A stretch of 64,000 bases of DNA, from IMG/VR virus record IMGVR_UViG_3300028392_002123. One strand, written 5' to 3'. This document shows, piece by piece, positions 34,983 to 43,957 of the stretch. A program made the position numbers and the translations under genes. This DNA comes from a virus (taxonomy: Duplodnaviria; Caudoviricetes). The notes beneath the pieces were generated by a model. It searched no databases. It saw only the letters and a list, made by a program, of their open reading frames with translations, and was not told where the DNA came from. Position 1 is the first letter of the stretch; each line of letters starts with the position of its first letter.

Positions 34983-37435
34983 TGCCAGTAGCAAATCCCA
35001 ATGGTATAAGATACGTACAAACACAGCATACTACTAACACCGATAAAACAATTGGTCAAGCAAGTAGCGTTGGTGTTTATTTGGCCACAGTCAAGGATAA
35101 CAAAGATATTCAAAACATGGGCCGTTTAAAAGTATGGGTAAAAGATTTTGGTGGCCACCCTGAAGAAGAAGATCGTTGGCTTACTGTCAGCTATGCCAGT
35201 CCATTTGCAGGCAGCACCAGCATTTTCGAACAAGGTAGTAATGTAACAGAATACAGTGATACTATAAAAAGTTATGGTATGTGGTTTGGAACACCTGACA
35301 TCGACACACAGGTCTTGGTTACATTTGCCAGTGGTAGATTGGATCTAGGTTATTGGTTCGCTTGTTTATATCAAACTGGAACTACAGCACCTATACCTGG
35401 CTTACCTTCAGGCCGTACGCACACAGGTGACGACAAAGTAAGAACAAATAAAAATAGAAAAGACAAAGATCCTGATCTAGATAAAAAAGTAGAACATACT
35501 CTACATAAACAATTAGAAAAACAGGGTCTAGACAAAGACCGACTACGAGGCCTAACTACCAGTGGTGCGGCCCGAGAAACACCTAGCCGTGTATATGGTA
35601 TTCTTACCCCGGGCCAGCATCAGTTTGTCATGGATGATGGTGACAAAGATGGTAACAGCAGTAACATTAGACTTCGCACAGTAAATGGAACACAGATATT
35701 ATTAGACGACACAGAAGGACATGTATATGTTATCAGCAAGAATGGTAAGTCATGGATAGAACTCAGTGCCGACGGAAGAATACATTTATACGGTGAAGAT
35801 GATTTTAGCATACACAGTGAATCAAATATTAATATGTATGCAGGCAAAAGTATTAACATGCAGGCCGTTGAAAGCATCAACATACAAGGTGCAGGAACAT
35901 CCATGGTATACGATAGTTCTGGATTAAACACAGTAGTGTCGGGAAATATGGTAGAAGATGTCACTGGTGATGCTAGTATCAAAGCAGGCGGAAATTATCT
36001 AGAGCAGGCCGCAATAATTCACATGAACGGGCCGACATCACCTAGCGGAATAACTCCACAGGCCTATCAATTAATAGCCAATAAATTAGTCACAGAAGCA
36101 ATTATGCCAGTGGTGCCAGAACACGAACCATGGAATGGACACAGTGGATCTATTATACCACAGGGTCCGGGTAATATTAAATTAAAAGAAGATCCTGCTC
36201 CCACACAACCTCCACGTGAGCCTGCACAGGGAGAAAAAGGAATTCCTGTACAGGGAAAACTAGCCGATCCTGCAGATACCACAGCGATTCCTACATCTGT
36301 GGATCAAGCCAAGGCCAGTGATAAAGTTGTTAATGTGATTAAAGATGAAAACGAATATCGAGGATATCCCTATGAAGATGGCAGTGGCACAAGTATTGGC
36401 TATGGAACAGCCGTTGGTGCTACTCAGCCGGTGACTCAACGCTTTGATGACGGATCAACATTGACAACCAATGCCAATGGAACAATGTCTTCAACTCCGT
36501 CAGATCAGTATGAACACTTAACCGGCGAACAAGTTAAAACCACAGCGGCACAACAACAGGATGCTGATAATTATGCTGTGAAAAAACAAGAAGAATTACG
36601 TGCAAAACAAGATGAAACTAATTCTAAATTAAGTCAAGTTTATGCTCAGGGCAATTACTCTGATTTCCCTGCAACTCCAGGATTAACTCCTGACCAAAGA
36701 CTGGCAGTAATAGAAGATGCAAAATCAAAAGGCATACCTACTAGTCAAGCATTGAACAATGCTAATATATTTGGGTATGGTTTACCTCCAACAACCGAAA
36801 TGCAACTACAGAAAGAATTAAATTCTTCTGGGTACATGTCGCCCACAGGTAGAAATGCTGTCAGCAATGAAAATTTATATAACGGTATTACTAGAGATCG
36901 TGCCAATCAACTATTGGCACAGGATATCAGTACCAGCGAACAGGCAGTAAAAAATATGTTAAATGGTGCAGGAGTTACACAAGTAACACCTAGACAATTT
37001 GACGGTCTTGTAAGTATGCATAATCAGCTAGGAGATGCTGGCTATGCCTATGTGGGCAGTGAAAAAATAAACTTGACTAATTTATACGCTAATGGAGAAT
37101 GGGATCGTGCCGCAGGATTTATTGCCGCAGACGAAAGAAACAATCCACGAAGACAGCGCGAAGCTAGCATAATGGTCAACGGAGATTATGGAAACCCGTC
37201 TACCGAAGATCAAATTGTTAATAGAGGCCTTAATAAGACCAATGCTTTATATCAACAAGGTAGATTGAATGAGCAAACAGCTACTACATCTAACTATGGA
37301 CAATTACAGGCCGCGGCCAATAGTTGGCTAGCAGAAAAAGGATTCAATATGCCTGCATTGAATTTTTCACAGAGATTGACCACAACCAATTCAGTGGCCA
37401 CACCGCCTTATGTTAACAGCAAATGGGCTTATTAA
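34982..37435 (+). CDS. baseplate hub/needle protein (gp5/VgrG-like) with C-terminal lysozyme-like domain
   Basis: OB-fold motif ATVKDNKDIQNMGRLKVWV...W..VSYASPF.G; beta-helix HQFVMDD...IRLRT..GTQILLDD; late IGYG...QFDGLVS...RRQRE. Confidence 0.85.
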   Translation: MPVANPNGIRYVQTQHTTNTDKTIGQASSVGVYLATVKDNKDIQNMGRLKVWVKDFGGHPEEEDRWLTVSYASPFAGSTSIFEQGSNVTEYSDTIKSYGMWFGTPDIDTQVLVTFASGRLDLGYWFACLYQTGTTAPIPGLPSGRTHTGDDKVRTNKNRKDKDPDLDKKVEHTLHKQLEKQGLDKDRLRGLTTSGAARETPSRVYGILTPGQHQFVMDDGDKDGNSSNIRLRTVNGTQILLDDTEGHVYVISKNGKSWIELSADGRIHLYGEDDFSIHSESNINMYAGKSINMQAVESINIQGAGTSMVYDSSGLNTVVSGNMVEDVTGDASIKAGGNYLEQAAIIHMNGPTSPSGITPQAYQLIANKLVTEAIMPVVPEHEPWNGHSGSIIPQGPGNIKLKEDPAPTQPPREPAQGEKGIPVQGKLADPADTTAIPTSVDQAKASDKVVNVIKDENEYRGYPYEDGSGTSIGYGTAVGATQPVTQRFDDGSTLTTNANGTMSSTPSDQYEHLTGEQVKTTAAQQQDADNYAVKKQEELRAKQDETNSKLSQVYAQGNYSDFPATPGLTPDQRLAVIEDAKSKGIPTSQALNNANIFGYGLPPTTEMQLQKELNSSGYMSPTGRNAVSNENLYNGITRDRANQLLAQDISTSEQAVKNMLNGAGVTQVTPRQFDGLVSMHNQLGDAGYAYVGSEKINLTNLYANGEWDRAAGFIAADERNNPRRQREASIMVNGDYGNPSTEDQIVNRGLNKTNALYQQGRLNEQTATTSNYGQLQAAANSWLAEKGFNMPALNFSQRLTTTNSVATPPYVNSKWAY

Positions 37436-37812
37436 GCTTGTTTACTTTTTTCGATAAACGGTGTTAGTTCAGGTGCAGTCCAGCCTAGAGGTTTGAGTAC
37501 TTTACCATCTTCACGCTTGCGAACCTTTCCGGTTTCTTTGTCAATCTTAGCAAAGTTAGTACGCATAACTTCTTTCCAAGCACCTTCTGCGTCAAAGCCA
37601 GCACTATGGATAGCACCGATAGTAACAACTAAGATGTCGATTAATGCATCTAATTGTTCTACTAAATCATCAGCGGCCACAGCATCTTTAAGTTCTGTGT
37701 GTTCTTCTTCAATAAGATCCAAGTACATTTTGTACTGTGTAATTGAATAAGCATCGACCTTTTGATCACAGGCCCGCATAAATTTTTCTTGGTCTCTAAA
37801 TGGATTTGTCAT
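37432..37812 (-). CDS. MazG-like all-alpha NTP pyrophosphohydrolase
   Basis: LIEEEHTEL...EQLDALIDILVV...EVMRTNFAK...KREDGKVLKP.GW. Confidence 0.85.
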   Translation of the reverse strand: MTNPFRDQEKFMRACDQKVDAYSITQYKMYLDLIEEEHTELKDAVAADDLVEQLDALIDILVVTIGAIHSAGFDAEGAWKEVMRTNFAKIDKETGKVRKREDGKVLKPLGWTAPELTPFIEKSKQA

Positions 37813-39085
37813 TTTTTAATTTCCTATATAATGGTTCTAGTTCGGGAAACGTTTGTAAAAAGTTTGTCGCCCGTTTAATATCTAATGTATCAACTGCCCG
37901 AATGAATTTATTCTCTATGGTCGAATAATCATAGCCGTTGTCTATATTTTTTAACAGCCCGTTAATGTTAGACACAAATTTACTAACATGGTCGGGTGTT
38001 TTTACTGCATTCAGTATATTCAAAGTTCTATACATTGCCTGCTGTAGTTCATCTCTTAGTTCAGGTACATAACATAAGTTGTGTACATTCCATATAATTG
38101 GTCCTGTAATAAAGTTCCAGCCCAGCACAGATTTGTCAATGATACCGTTTTCCAAGTACCATGTTACCAGTTCGTCCAAGGTCAATATATTGAATAGTGT
38201 AATTGAAGTATCCACGGAACCTTCAACGCCGGCACTGATCAATCTATTATAAGTTTCCAACCACTTTTTGTCTTTGTATCCATATCTAAAATATTCACCT
38301 CTTGCACCAAAATGGTCGTGACTCATGTTTATATAAGCATTGCCCCATGGGCGTATATAATCTTCGATGATGTCTATGTTTTTATATGTTCGCACACTAC
38401 CATTGGTGTGGAACCAAAGCTTGATCTTTTTCTGTAAATTACGCTTCTTTAATTCATCTAATAGAATAAAAGTTTCTTCTTGAAGGAAAGGTTCTCCTCC
38501 ATTAAAATGCAACAGTTCTAAACTATCGGCATTTCTTAGAATGTATTCAATTTTATCGTTGTTATTGATTTTATCTGGATTAGCCCAGTAGTCAAAATTA
38601 TTTTTATCATTCATGTCGTTTAACCAAATGTCAAACGTGTCTTTGTAATTAGATGCAATGGTGCTACTTAAATTAGGCAAACAATGTAAACAGGCAAAGT
38701 TACATTTATTAGTCCATATAATATCAAAGAATTTTAATTTATGATTCTGCAGACTGCCGTCGGTGTTAGTATTTGAAATAGCACTGACAATCACGTTAGT
38801 GGACAGTGAATTACTAAATTCTCTAGGATGTCCAACAGTGACTCCGCTGGCTTCACGTTGCCAACAGCTATCGCAGTCCCGGGGAGATTCTTTGTTTAAA
38901 AATTGCAGACGTGTTTTATTTGCTATGGGACCATTGACAATGGCTTCCATGCTCTGTGTTCTGCTATTACCTAAAACTTCTGTGGTAGCACAACAAAATT
39001 TTACATCGCCATCGGCGCTGGACCATAGTGTGGTCCACGGAGCACTACAAAAACTAGATCCATGTTTTTCAAAAATTTCTTTCAT
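37796..39085 (-). CDS. radical SAM protein with N-terminal SPASM/twitch-like Cys cluster
   Basis: FCSAPW...GDVKFCC...CDSCW, then NKCNFACLHC (CxxxCxxC) and FNGGEPFL. Confidence 0.85.
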   Translation of the reverse strand: MKEIFEKHGSSFCSAPWTTLWSSADGDVKFCCATTEVLGNSRTQSMEAIVNGPIANKTRLQFLNKESPRDCDSCWQREASGVTVGHPREFSNSLSTNVIVSAISNTNTDGSLQNHKLKFFDIIWTNKCNFACLHCLPNLSSTIASNYKDTFDIWLNDMNDKNNFDYWANPDKINNNDKIEYILRNADSLELLHFNGGEPFLQEETFILLDELKKRNLQKKIKLWFHTNGSVRTYKNIDIIEDYIRPWGNAYINMSHDHFGARGEYFRYGYKDKKWLETYNRLISAGVEGSVDTSITLFNILTLDELVTWYLENGIIDKSVLGWNFITGPIIWNVHNLCYVPELRDELQQAMYRTLNILNAVKTPDHVSKFVSNINGLLKNIDNGYDYSTIENKFIRAVDTLDIKRATNFLQTFPELEPLYRKLKNDKSI

Positions 39086-39312
39086 GCAGAAAGTTTTTCC
39101 ATAAATTCTTCATGCAAGGGTTGATGAGCCACTACTTTAATCCAACCATGATTGACACATTCTAAAATAAGATCGCGATAATTTTCTGGACAACGTTGAC
39201 TAACTTCAAGTGCGGCACGTGGCACAAGAGTGAAACCGTCGGGGCTAAAGGAAAAGTCAGGATCAGATGATTTATAAGTTTTGTAGCGACTGTTAGTGGT
39301 TGAGTAAATCAT
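39082..39312 (-). CDS. hypothetical protein
   Basis: 76 aa; ATGA overlaps on both sides. Confidence 0.7.
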   Translation of the reverse strand: MIYSTTNSRYKTYKSSDPDFSFSPDGFTLVPRAALEVSQRCPENYRDLILECVNHGWIKVVAHQPLHEEFMEKLSA

Positions 39313-39539
39313 TTTTTCATAGCGTCCATGATATGTTGCTCGGCAATGTTTTTCTTATTAAGTTCGTAGATTTCCTGAGCTTGGCCGGCCAGACTTTCAA
39401 TTAAACCTTTCATGACTTCTATGCCTTCATCATTTAAATGCGAGTATCTAGGATTAGAACTCATATATCCATACTTTGAATTAGATATACATTCTATCAA
39501 CTGTGTAGCAAGTATATTGCCTAGATTTTCTTTGTTCAT
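39309..39539 (-). CDS. hypothetical protein
   Basis: Start reassigned to ATG 39539 (AAGGA SD); 76 aa. Confidence 0.65.
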   Translation of the reverse strand: MNKENLGNILATQLIECISNSKYGYMSSNPRYSHLNDEGIEVMKGLIESLAGQAQEIYELNKKNIAEQHIMDAMKK

Positions 39540-39579
39540 AATATAGTCCTTTTTCCTAGTATTGTTAAACAGTCTGTCT

Positions 39580-39852
39580 TTAATCTTCCCAAGTATTTTT
39601 TTCATAGTTCCAGTGCTTAATATTGTAAATACGAAAACTAACACCATAGCCGAGTAAGCCTAATGTAACATTGAAGCCGGCGTGATCTTCTTTAATACTC
39701 CAATTAATATCAATGTCAAATAGACTACCTGAATAATACGTATGCTCAAGTTCCCAGGCTTTATTTTTGCCAAACCGCCCAGAGATACAGCCTAAGTTTT
39801 TAAACTTGTCAAAAGGTAAACTAATCTGCGCTCTTAGTGAGATTATTTTCAT
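39580..39852 (-). CDS. hypothetical protein
   Basis: 90 aa, part of the overlapping ORF chain. Confidence 0.65.
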   Translation of the reverse strand: MKIISLRAQISLPFDKFKNLGCISGRFGKNKAWELEHTYYSGSLFDIDINWSIKEDHAGFNVTLGLLGYGVSFRIYNIKHWNYEKNTWED

Positions 39853-40034
39853 ACATTGGATCCGCTGGACTTGTGTAATTCAGCAGATTTATCTTCGGTT
39901 AGATTATTGTATTTCCAAAACATCGACTGATGGCCTTGACTGTACAAATAAGTATCGCACAGTAAAAACACAGTCATGAACATCCAAAATCCAAACCATC
40001 CTGTGAATACAAATGTTTTCGGTTCGTTATTCAT
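39849..40034 (-). CDS. small membrane protein
   Basis: One hydrophobic segment FVFTGWFGFWMFMTVFLL; part of the chain. Confidence 0.6.
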   Translation of the reverse strand: MNNEPKTFVFTGWFGFWMFMTVFLLCDTYLYSQGHQSMFWKYNNLTEDKSAELHKSSGSNV

Positions 40035-40230
40035 TTTTTAACTCCATGTGCGGTGCAATATTATTGTCAAAAATCTGTGCCATTTGTCGCCAAAGGCTTT
40101 GTTGTTCTTCACGAGTCATGCCTGCAATTCCCGGAAACGTATAGCCCCCGTGGTCGGCTTCTTTAAGCAAACCATAATCATGACGCCAGGTATAGCACAT
40201 TGATGTAATAATGTCTTCACGAGTTTTCAT
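40027..40230 (-). CDS. hypothetical protein
   Basis: 67 aa, overlapping chain. Confidence 0.65.
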   Translation of the reverse strand: MKTREDIITSMCYTWRHDYGLLKEADHGGYTFPGIAGMTREEQQSLWRQMAQIFDNNIAPHMELKNE

Positions 40231-40427
40231 TCTTCAACTCCGAAATGTTTCATTAATGCTTGATAACCGTTTGGACTAGTAGTTGCTTTACCAACAACAT
40301 CGATACATTCCTTGACAATCAACTCGGCGAACTTTTCCAGTGCGGCCTCCCACTTGGCACGATCCTTGCCAAGACCATATATATCAATATGACTTTCTCT
40401 TTCACATTTTCTAATTAGTTCCTTCAT
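40227..40427 (-). CDS. hypothetical protein
   Basis: LEKFAELIVKECI...KHFGVEE pattern; ATGA overlaps. Confidence 0.65.
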   Translation of the reverse strand: MKELIRKCERESHIDIYGLGKDRAKWEAALEKFAELIVKECIDVVGKATTSPNGYQALMKHFGVEE

Positions 40428-40663
40428 TTATAGGCCTTGATGTCTTTGTGTTTTACAACAACAACATTATAAATTTTATCTTCATATTTAATAGGTAAGT
40501 CCACGTGAACAGTGATCCTTGGACCCTCGATTTCGTTGATTAATGTATCGTTACCCACTGTGCCAACAAATGGAATTTTATTCCAATAACCAAACACACG
40601 ATCTCCAATATGCCAAGTTGGCTTATAAGCGTTCTGTTCAAAATATTCTGTTAAATTTCCCAT
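40424..40663 (-). CDS. hypothetical protein
   Basis: 79 aa; IGDRVFG...FVGTVG beta-rich pattern. Confidence 0.65.
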   Translation of the reverse strand: MGNLTEYFEQNAYKPTWHIGDRVFGYWNKIPFVGTVGNDTLINEIEGPRITVHVDLPIKYEDKIYNVVVVKHKDIKAYK

Positions 40664-40884
40664 TACTTTTCCTTACCATAAAATATGTTGATGTTTTTTA
40701 AAGTTCTTTTTGCAAACTCTCCGGATTTATGATCCGGGTACATTCTAGCGATATCATCTAAAGCAGTCCACATTAATTCATGCTCGTTTTTTAAATCGAA
40801 CACTTTGCTACGCAAATTACTAGCATCGATAATGCTAACAATTTTAGTAAGAATAACGGGAATCCATTTAGATAATAAATCCAT
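40663..40884 (-). CDS. hypothetical protein
   Basis: 73 aa; TAATG overlaps. Confidence 0.65.
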   Translation of the reverse strand: MDLLSKWIPVILTKIVSIIDASNLRSKVFDLKNEHELMWTALDDIARMYPDHKSGEFAKRTLKNINIFYGKEK

Positions 40885-41087
40885 TAAGCCATTCTATCTA
40901 CATTCTGCCCCACAGATTTATTCATCTGTCGGGCTATTTCAAGTCGTTTTTGTTCATTGACTTCTCGGTCATATTTGACACGGCGTTCTTCTAGAACAAG
41001 TTCTTCATGACGCTTGTCTAGTTTTCTAATTTCTGCTTGTTGATACAATTTGAGATTTTGTGCAGTAACACTAGTAATTGCTGTCAT
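40884..41087 (-). CDS. hypothetical coiled-coil protein
   Basis: 67 aa; ATGA overlap with the ligase stop. Confidence 0.65.
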   Translation of the reverse strand: MTAITSVTAQNLKLYQQAEIRKLDKRHEELVLEERRVKYDREVNEQKRLEIARQMNKSVGQNVDRMA

Positions 41088-42406
41088 AATTTTTCTCCTT
41101 GTGCAAATCCACGGAATCCTTTGAATCGAGGAAAGCGCAAACTATAAGTTCCGTCCTGATTCTGTGTTACTGCATCTGCACGTACTTCGACAACATGCCC
41201 GTCGACCTTACAACTCCAGAACTCGTCACGTTGTGTATCAGTAAAGCCACTGCCAACATTAACACGAATAGCTTTACCATCATCTACGCCTTCACAAACT
41301 AATGCACCCATCTTGCCTACATTCTTACCTGTGCCTTCTTCTGTGGCAACCACAGTAAGACTGACTTCAATGAATGGTTTCAATTTTAACCAAGAAACAC
41401 TACGTTTACATTCGTAAGGTGCTTCGGGATCTTTAAGCATGATACCTTCATACCCACCTTCAATGGCCTTGGCATTGATTTCTTTGTAACGAACTTGACC
41501 CGCTTCTGTGTCCAAATCAACAAGTTCGTGTCCAACAACTGCTACATTAGGCAACATGTCTTTATAGGTCTTATGCCAGTAGTAGACCATCGCACTACGA
41601 TCTTCTTGACGTTTATCCCAGAAACCTTGTTCAAAATCTTCCAAAGGAATTACATCAAACAAGTTGAGAATAGCATCGTTGGCCTTGACATCACTTTTTC
41701 GATGTACTTGCGTCATTAGGTCTTGAAACGAACTAGACATAATCTCACCATCTAAAACAACATCCACGTTGTTGCTGGAACCGTGTGTCTTCACTACATT
41801 ACTGATCTGTTCTACAATGTGCGGAAAATTAACAAGTTCTTTGCCATTTCGACTGAACATATCCACCCTGCCATCACTACGTACAATAGTAATAACTCTA
41901 ACGCCATCGAGTTTAACTTCGATATATTTTTTGCCCGATACCTTGCTCTCATGATTAGCACTATCGTGAGCAAGCTGACAACCGAATACAGGAATAGCAT
42001 AGTCAGCATATTTCTTCTCCACTACTTTGTTAATAGTTTTTTCGCTGACACCACAGCGTAAGTCTTTGATAAGGATACGTCGATACCAACCATTCCATTG
42101 CTGATTAGTACAGTTAGACATCATTTGTGCTAACATGTCACGAGCCATGTTTCCGGTTATTTGACGAGTAACGAAACCGGTTATAGCCAATGTAAAACTA
42201 TCCCAACTTACACCCGCGCCGTCTGCACCTTTGCGCTCGGGTACTTGCTTGATACCAAAGGTAATCATAGGATCAAGGGCTAGTCGACAGCCCTCAAAAA
42301 ATTCTTTATTGCCCAGTTCGGCCTGTGCCTGTATAATGGCTTCTTTGTTCAAGCGGCTGGGATGATCTTCCAAGGAAGAAATAACTGAGTAGCAGGGATC
42401 TGACAT
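41084..42406 (-). CDS. ATP-dependent DNA ligase
   Basis: Motif I EVKLDGVR, VLDGEI, EGIMLKD, WLKLKP, VGSGF, SLRFPRF; start at ATG 42406 with GGAG SD. Confidence 0.95.
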   Translation of the reverse strand: MSDPCYSVISSLEDHPSRLNKEAIIQAQAELGNKEFFEGCRLALDPMITFGIKQVPERKGADGAGVSWDSFTLAITGFVTRQITGNMARDMLAQMMSNCTNQQWNGWYRRILIKDLRCGVSEKTINKVVEKKYADYAIPVFGCQLAHDSANHESKVSGKKYIEVKLDGVRVITIVRSDGRVDMFSRNGKELVNFPHIVEQISNVVKTHGSSNNVDVVLDGEIMSSSFQDLMTQVHRKSDVKANDAILNLFDVIPLEDFEQGFWDKRQEDRSAMVYYWHKTYKDMLPNVAVVGHELVDLDTEAGQVRYKEINAKAIEGGYEGIMLKDPEAPYECKRSVSWLKLKPFIEVSLTVVATEEGTGKNVGKMGALVCEGVDDGKAIRVNVGSGFTDTQRDEFWSCKVDGHVVEVRADAVTQNQDGTYSLRFPRFKGFRGFAQGEKL

Positions 42407-42437
42407 CGAAGTCTCCAAAATAAATCTCTATGCCATT

Positions 42438-42466
42438 ATTATAGCAAACTAGGGATTTATTGTCAA
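42438..42466 (-). promoter_or_regulatory. perfect sigma70 promoter of the ligase cluster
   Basis: TTGACA (42466-42461), N17, TATAAT (42443-42438), preceded by TGC (extended -10). Confidence 0.85.
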
Positions 42467-42879
42467 ATTAACAGGTTTTCTTTGGCCAAAATACTGTGTA
42501 CAGAGTCATCAATTTCAATGTCTATGGGGGCGTGTACCTGTTGGGACTTGACCAAATCAAAGATTTCTTTTTGCATATTTTTGATAACTACTATCAAATC
42601 TTCGTCATGTTTTTCTTGAAGGAAATCAAACAACATTTTTTTACGATCCTGCATGTACTGAATACGCAGTGAAATTTCCTTCTTTTTGACTTCTTCTACC
42701 AATTTAATATTTTTTAAATGATAGCAGAACATCAATAATCGAACTGTGTCGTGATCACTTTGTTCAATGTTTTTTGAAAGGCGATAGTCGATCAAATTGC
42801 TGTCATGCCGAAATTGCAGATAACAGTCAATGCTGTCAATAATTGTATCTATGTAAGGAAGATAAATTTTAATGATCAT
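42463..42879 (-). CDS. hypothetical protein
   Basis: Helical ORF with likely ATG at 42879. Confidence 0.6.
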   Translation of the reverse strand: MIIKIYLPYIDTIIDSIDCYLQFRHDSNLIDYRLSKNIEQSDHDTVRLLMFCYHLKNIKLVEEVKKKEISLRIQYMQDRKKMLFDFLQEKHDEDLIVVIKNMQKEIFDLVKSQQVHAPIDIEIDDSVHSILAKENLLI

Positions 42880-43087
42880 CAGGCCAACCAATTTCCTGAC
42901 TTAGCTCGTAGCGTTGTTTATACAGCATACTCAGGTCGTCTTTGAGTTTTAATTTTTGTTTTTTAAGATTTTCGACTTCAAATTCATTCCAACTTTTTTG
43001 GCGTAGAATAGCATCGATTTTGATTCCCAAATCGTCATGCTGTCGAGTTATGTGTTTAATGTGGTGATCTAAGCTGTCAATATTCAT
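42869..43087 (-). CDS. small coiled-coil protein (DUF465/YdcH-like)
   Basis: HDDL..KI......VENLKKQKLKLKDDL; AAGGAG SD. Confidence 0.7.
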   Translation of the reverse strand: MNIDSLDHHIKHITRQHDDLGIKIDAILRQKSWNEFEVENLKKQKLKLKDDLSMLYKQRYELSQEIGWPDDH

Positions 43088-43121
43088 TAAAAACTCCTTG
43101 CTCTAAAAAATGCATGATGTT

Positions 43122-43151
43122 ATACTAGCATTTTTCTTACTTATCAGTCAA
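43122..43151 (-). promoter_or_regulatory. sigma70-type promoter
   Basis: TTGACT-N18-TAGTAT with TGn extension, upstream of 43087. Confidence 0.55.
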
Positions 43152-43168
43152 GTTCTTTCGGACATCAC

Positions 43169-43176
43169 AGTAAATA
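43169..43176 (+). promoter_or_regulatory. late promoter AGTAAATA, 5 nt before ATG
   Basis: TAAATA-TATAT-ATG(43182). Confidence 0.6.
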
Positions 43177-43181
43177 TATAT

Positions 43182-43721
43182 ATGAGCGACACGTTACTTC
43201 TTAACCGGGACGGCCAACCACTTTGCATGATCCCGCCCAGCGTAATCGATTGGCAGCTGGCAGTTAAATTACTTTTTTTGAAAAAAATCATAGTAATCAA
43301 AAACCACGACGATTGGGAAGTTCACAGCCAAAAATTATCCCTGCCTGTGCCCAGCATTGTAATGACCACACGCTATGTAAAGCCACGTCACAAGGTAGTG
43401 TTTAATCGTAAAATGGTGTACCTTCGGGATAACTACACTTGCCAGTACTGCGGGGAACAATTTACCAGCAAAGACTTGACCCTGGACCATGTTAAACCAA
43501 AAAGTCAGGGTGGTAATTTTGGCTGGAAAAACATTGTTACTTGCTGTGCTACCTGTAATTGGATGAAAGGTGCCAAAGTAATCGAACCACTAACAGAACC
43601 AAAAGAACCCAATTACTGGCAAATGGTCAAGGCTTCTCGCGGAGTCAATCAATACACTTTCAGAGATCCAGCATGGGCAGAATACCTAGGCTACCCTGAA
43701 CAACTACAAGCCAATGGATAA
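43182..43721 (+). CDS. HNH endonuclease (McrA-like, zinc-binding)
   Basis: RDNYTCQYCG...TLDHVKPKSQGG...NIVTCCATCNWMKG. Confidence 0.9.
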   Translation: MSDTLLLNRDGQPLCMIPPSVIDWQLAVKLLFLKKIIVIKNHDDWEVHSQKLSLPVPSIVMTTRYVKPRHKVVFNRKMVYLRDNYTCQYCGEQFTSKDLTLDHVKPKSQGGNFGWKNIVTCCATCNWMKGAKVIEPLTEPKEPNYWQMVKASRGVNQYTFRDPAWAEYLGYPEQLQANG

Positions 43722-43926
43722 GTTAATCGCAGACATCGACTTAAAAATAGGATTAGCCGACTGTGCCCTAGTTTTCAAAGACAACGGCACGTTGGAAATC
43801 CTCACGCCCACTGGCATGGACAAAGAAACGCTGAATTACAAGCTTTTAGAAAGCTGTGTCGGACACATCAAACAGTTAGTCAACGAAAATAAGTTGCCAG
43901 ACTTTAAAAATAGAACAATTCATTAA
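43714..43926 (+). CDS. hypothetical protein
   Basis: 70 aa, overlaps the HNH stop. Confidence 0.6.
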   Translation: MDKLIADIDLKIGLADCALVFKDNGTLEILTPTGMDKETLNYKLLESCVGHIKQLVNENKLPDFKNRTIH

Positions 43927-43944
43927 CTACATAGATTATCTGTA

Positions 43945-43952
43945 AATAAATA
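43945..43952 (+). promoter_or_regulatory. late promoter AATAAATA, 5 nt before ATG
   Basis: TAAATA-CTTAC-ATG(43958). Confidence 0.65.
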
Positions 43953-43957
43953 CTTAC

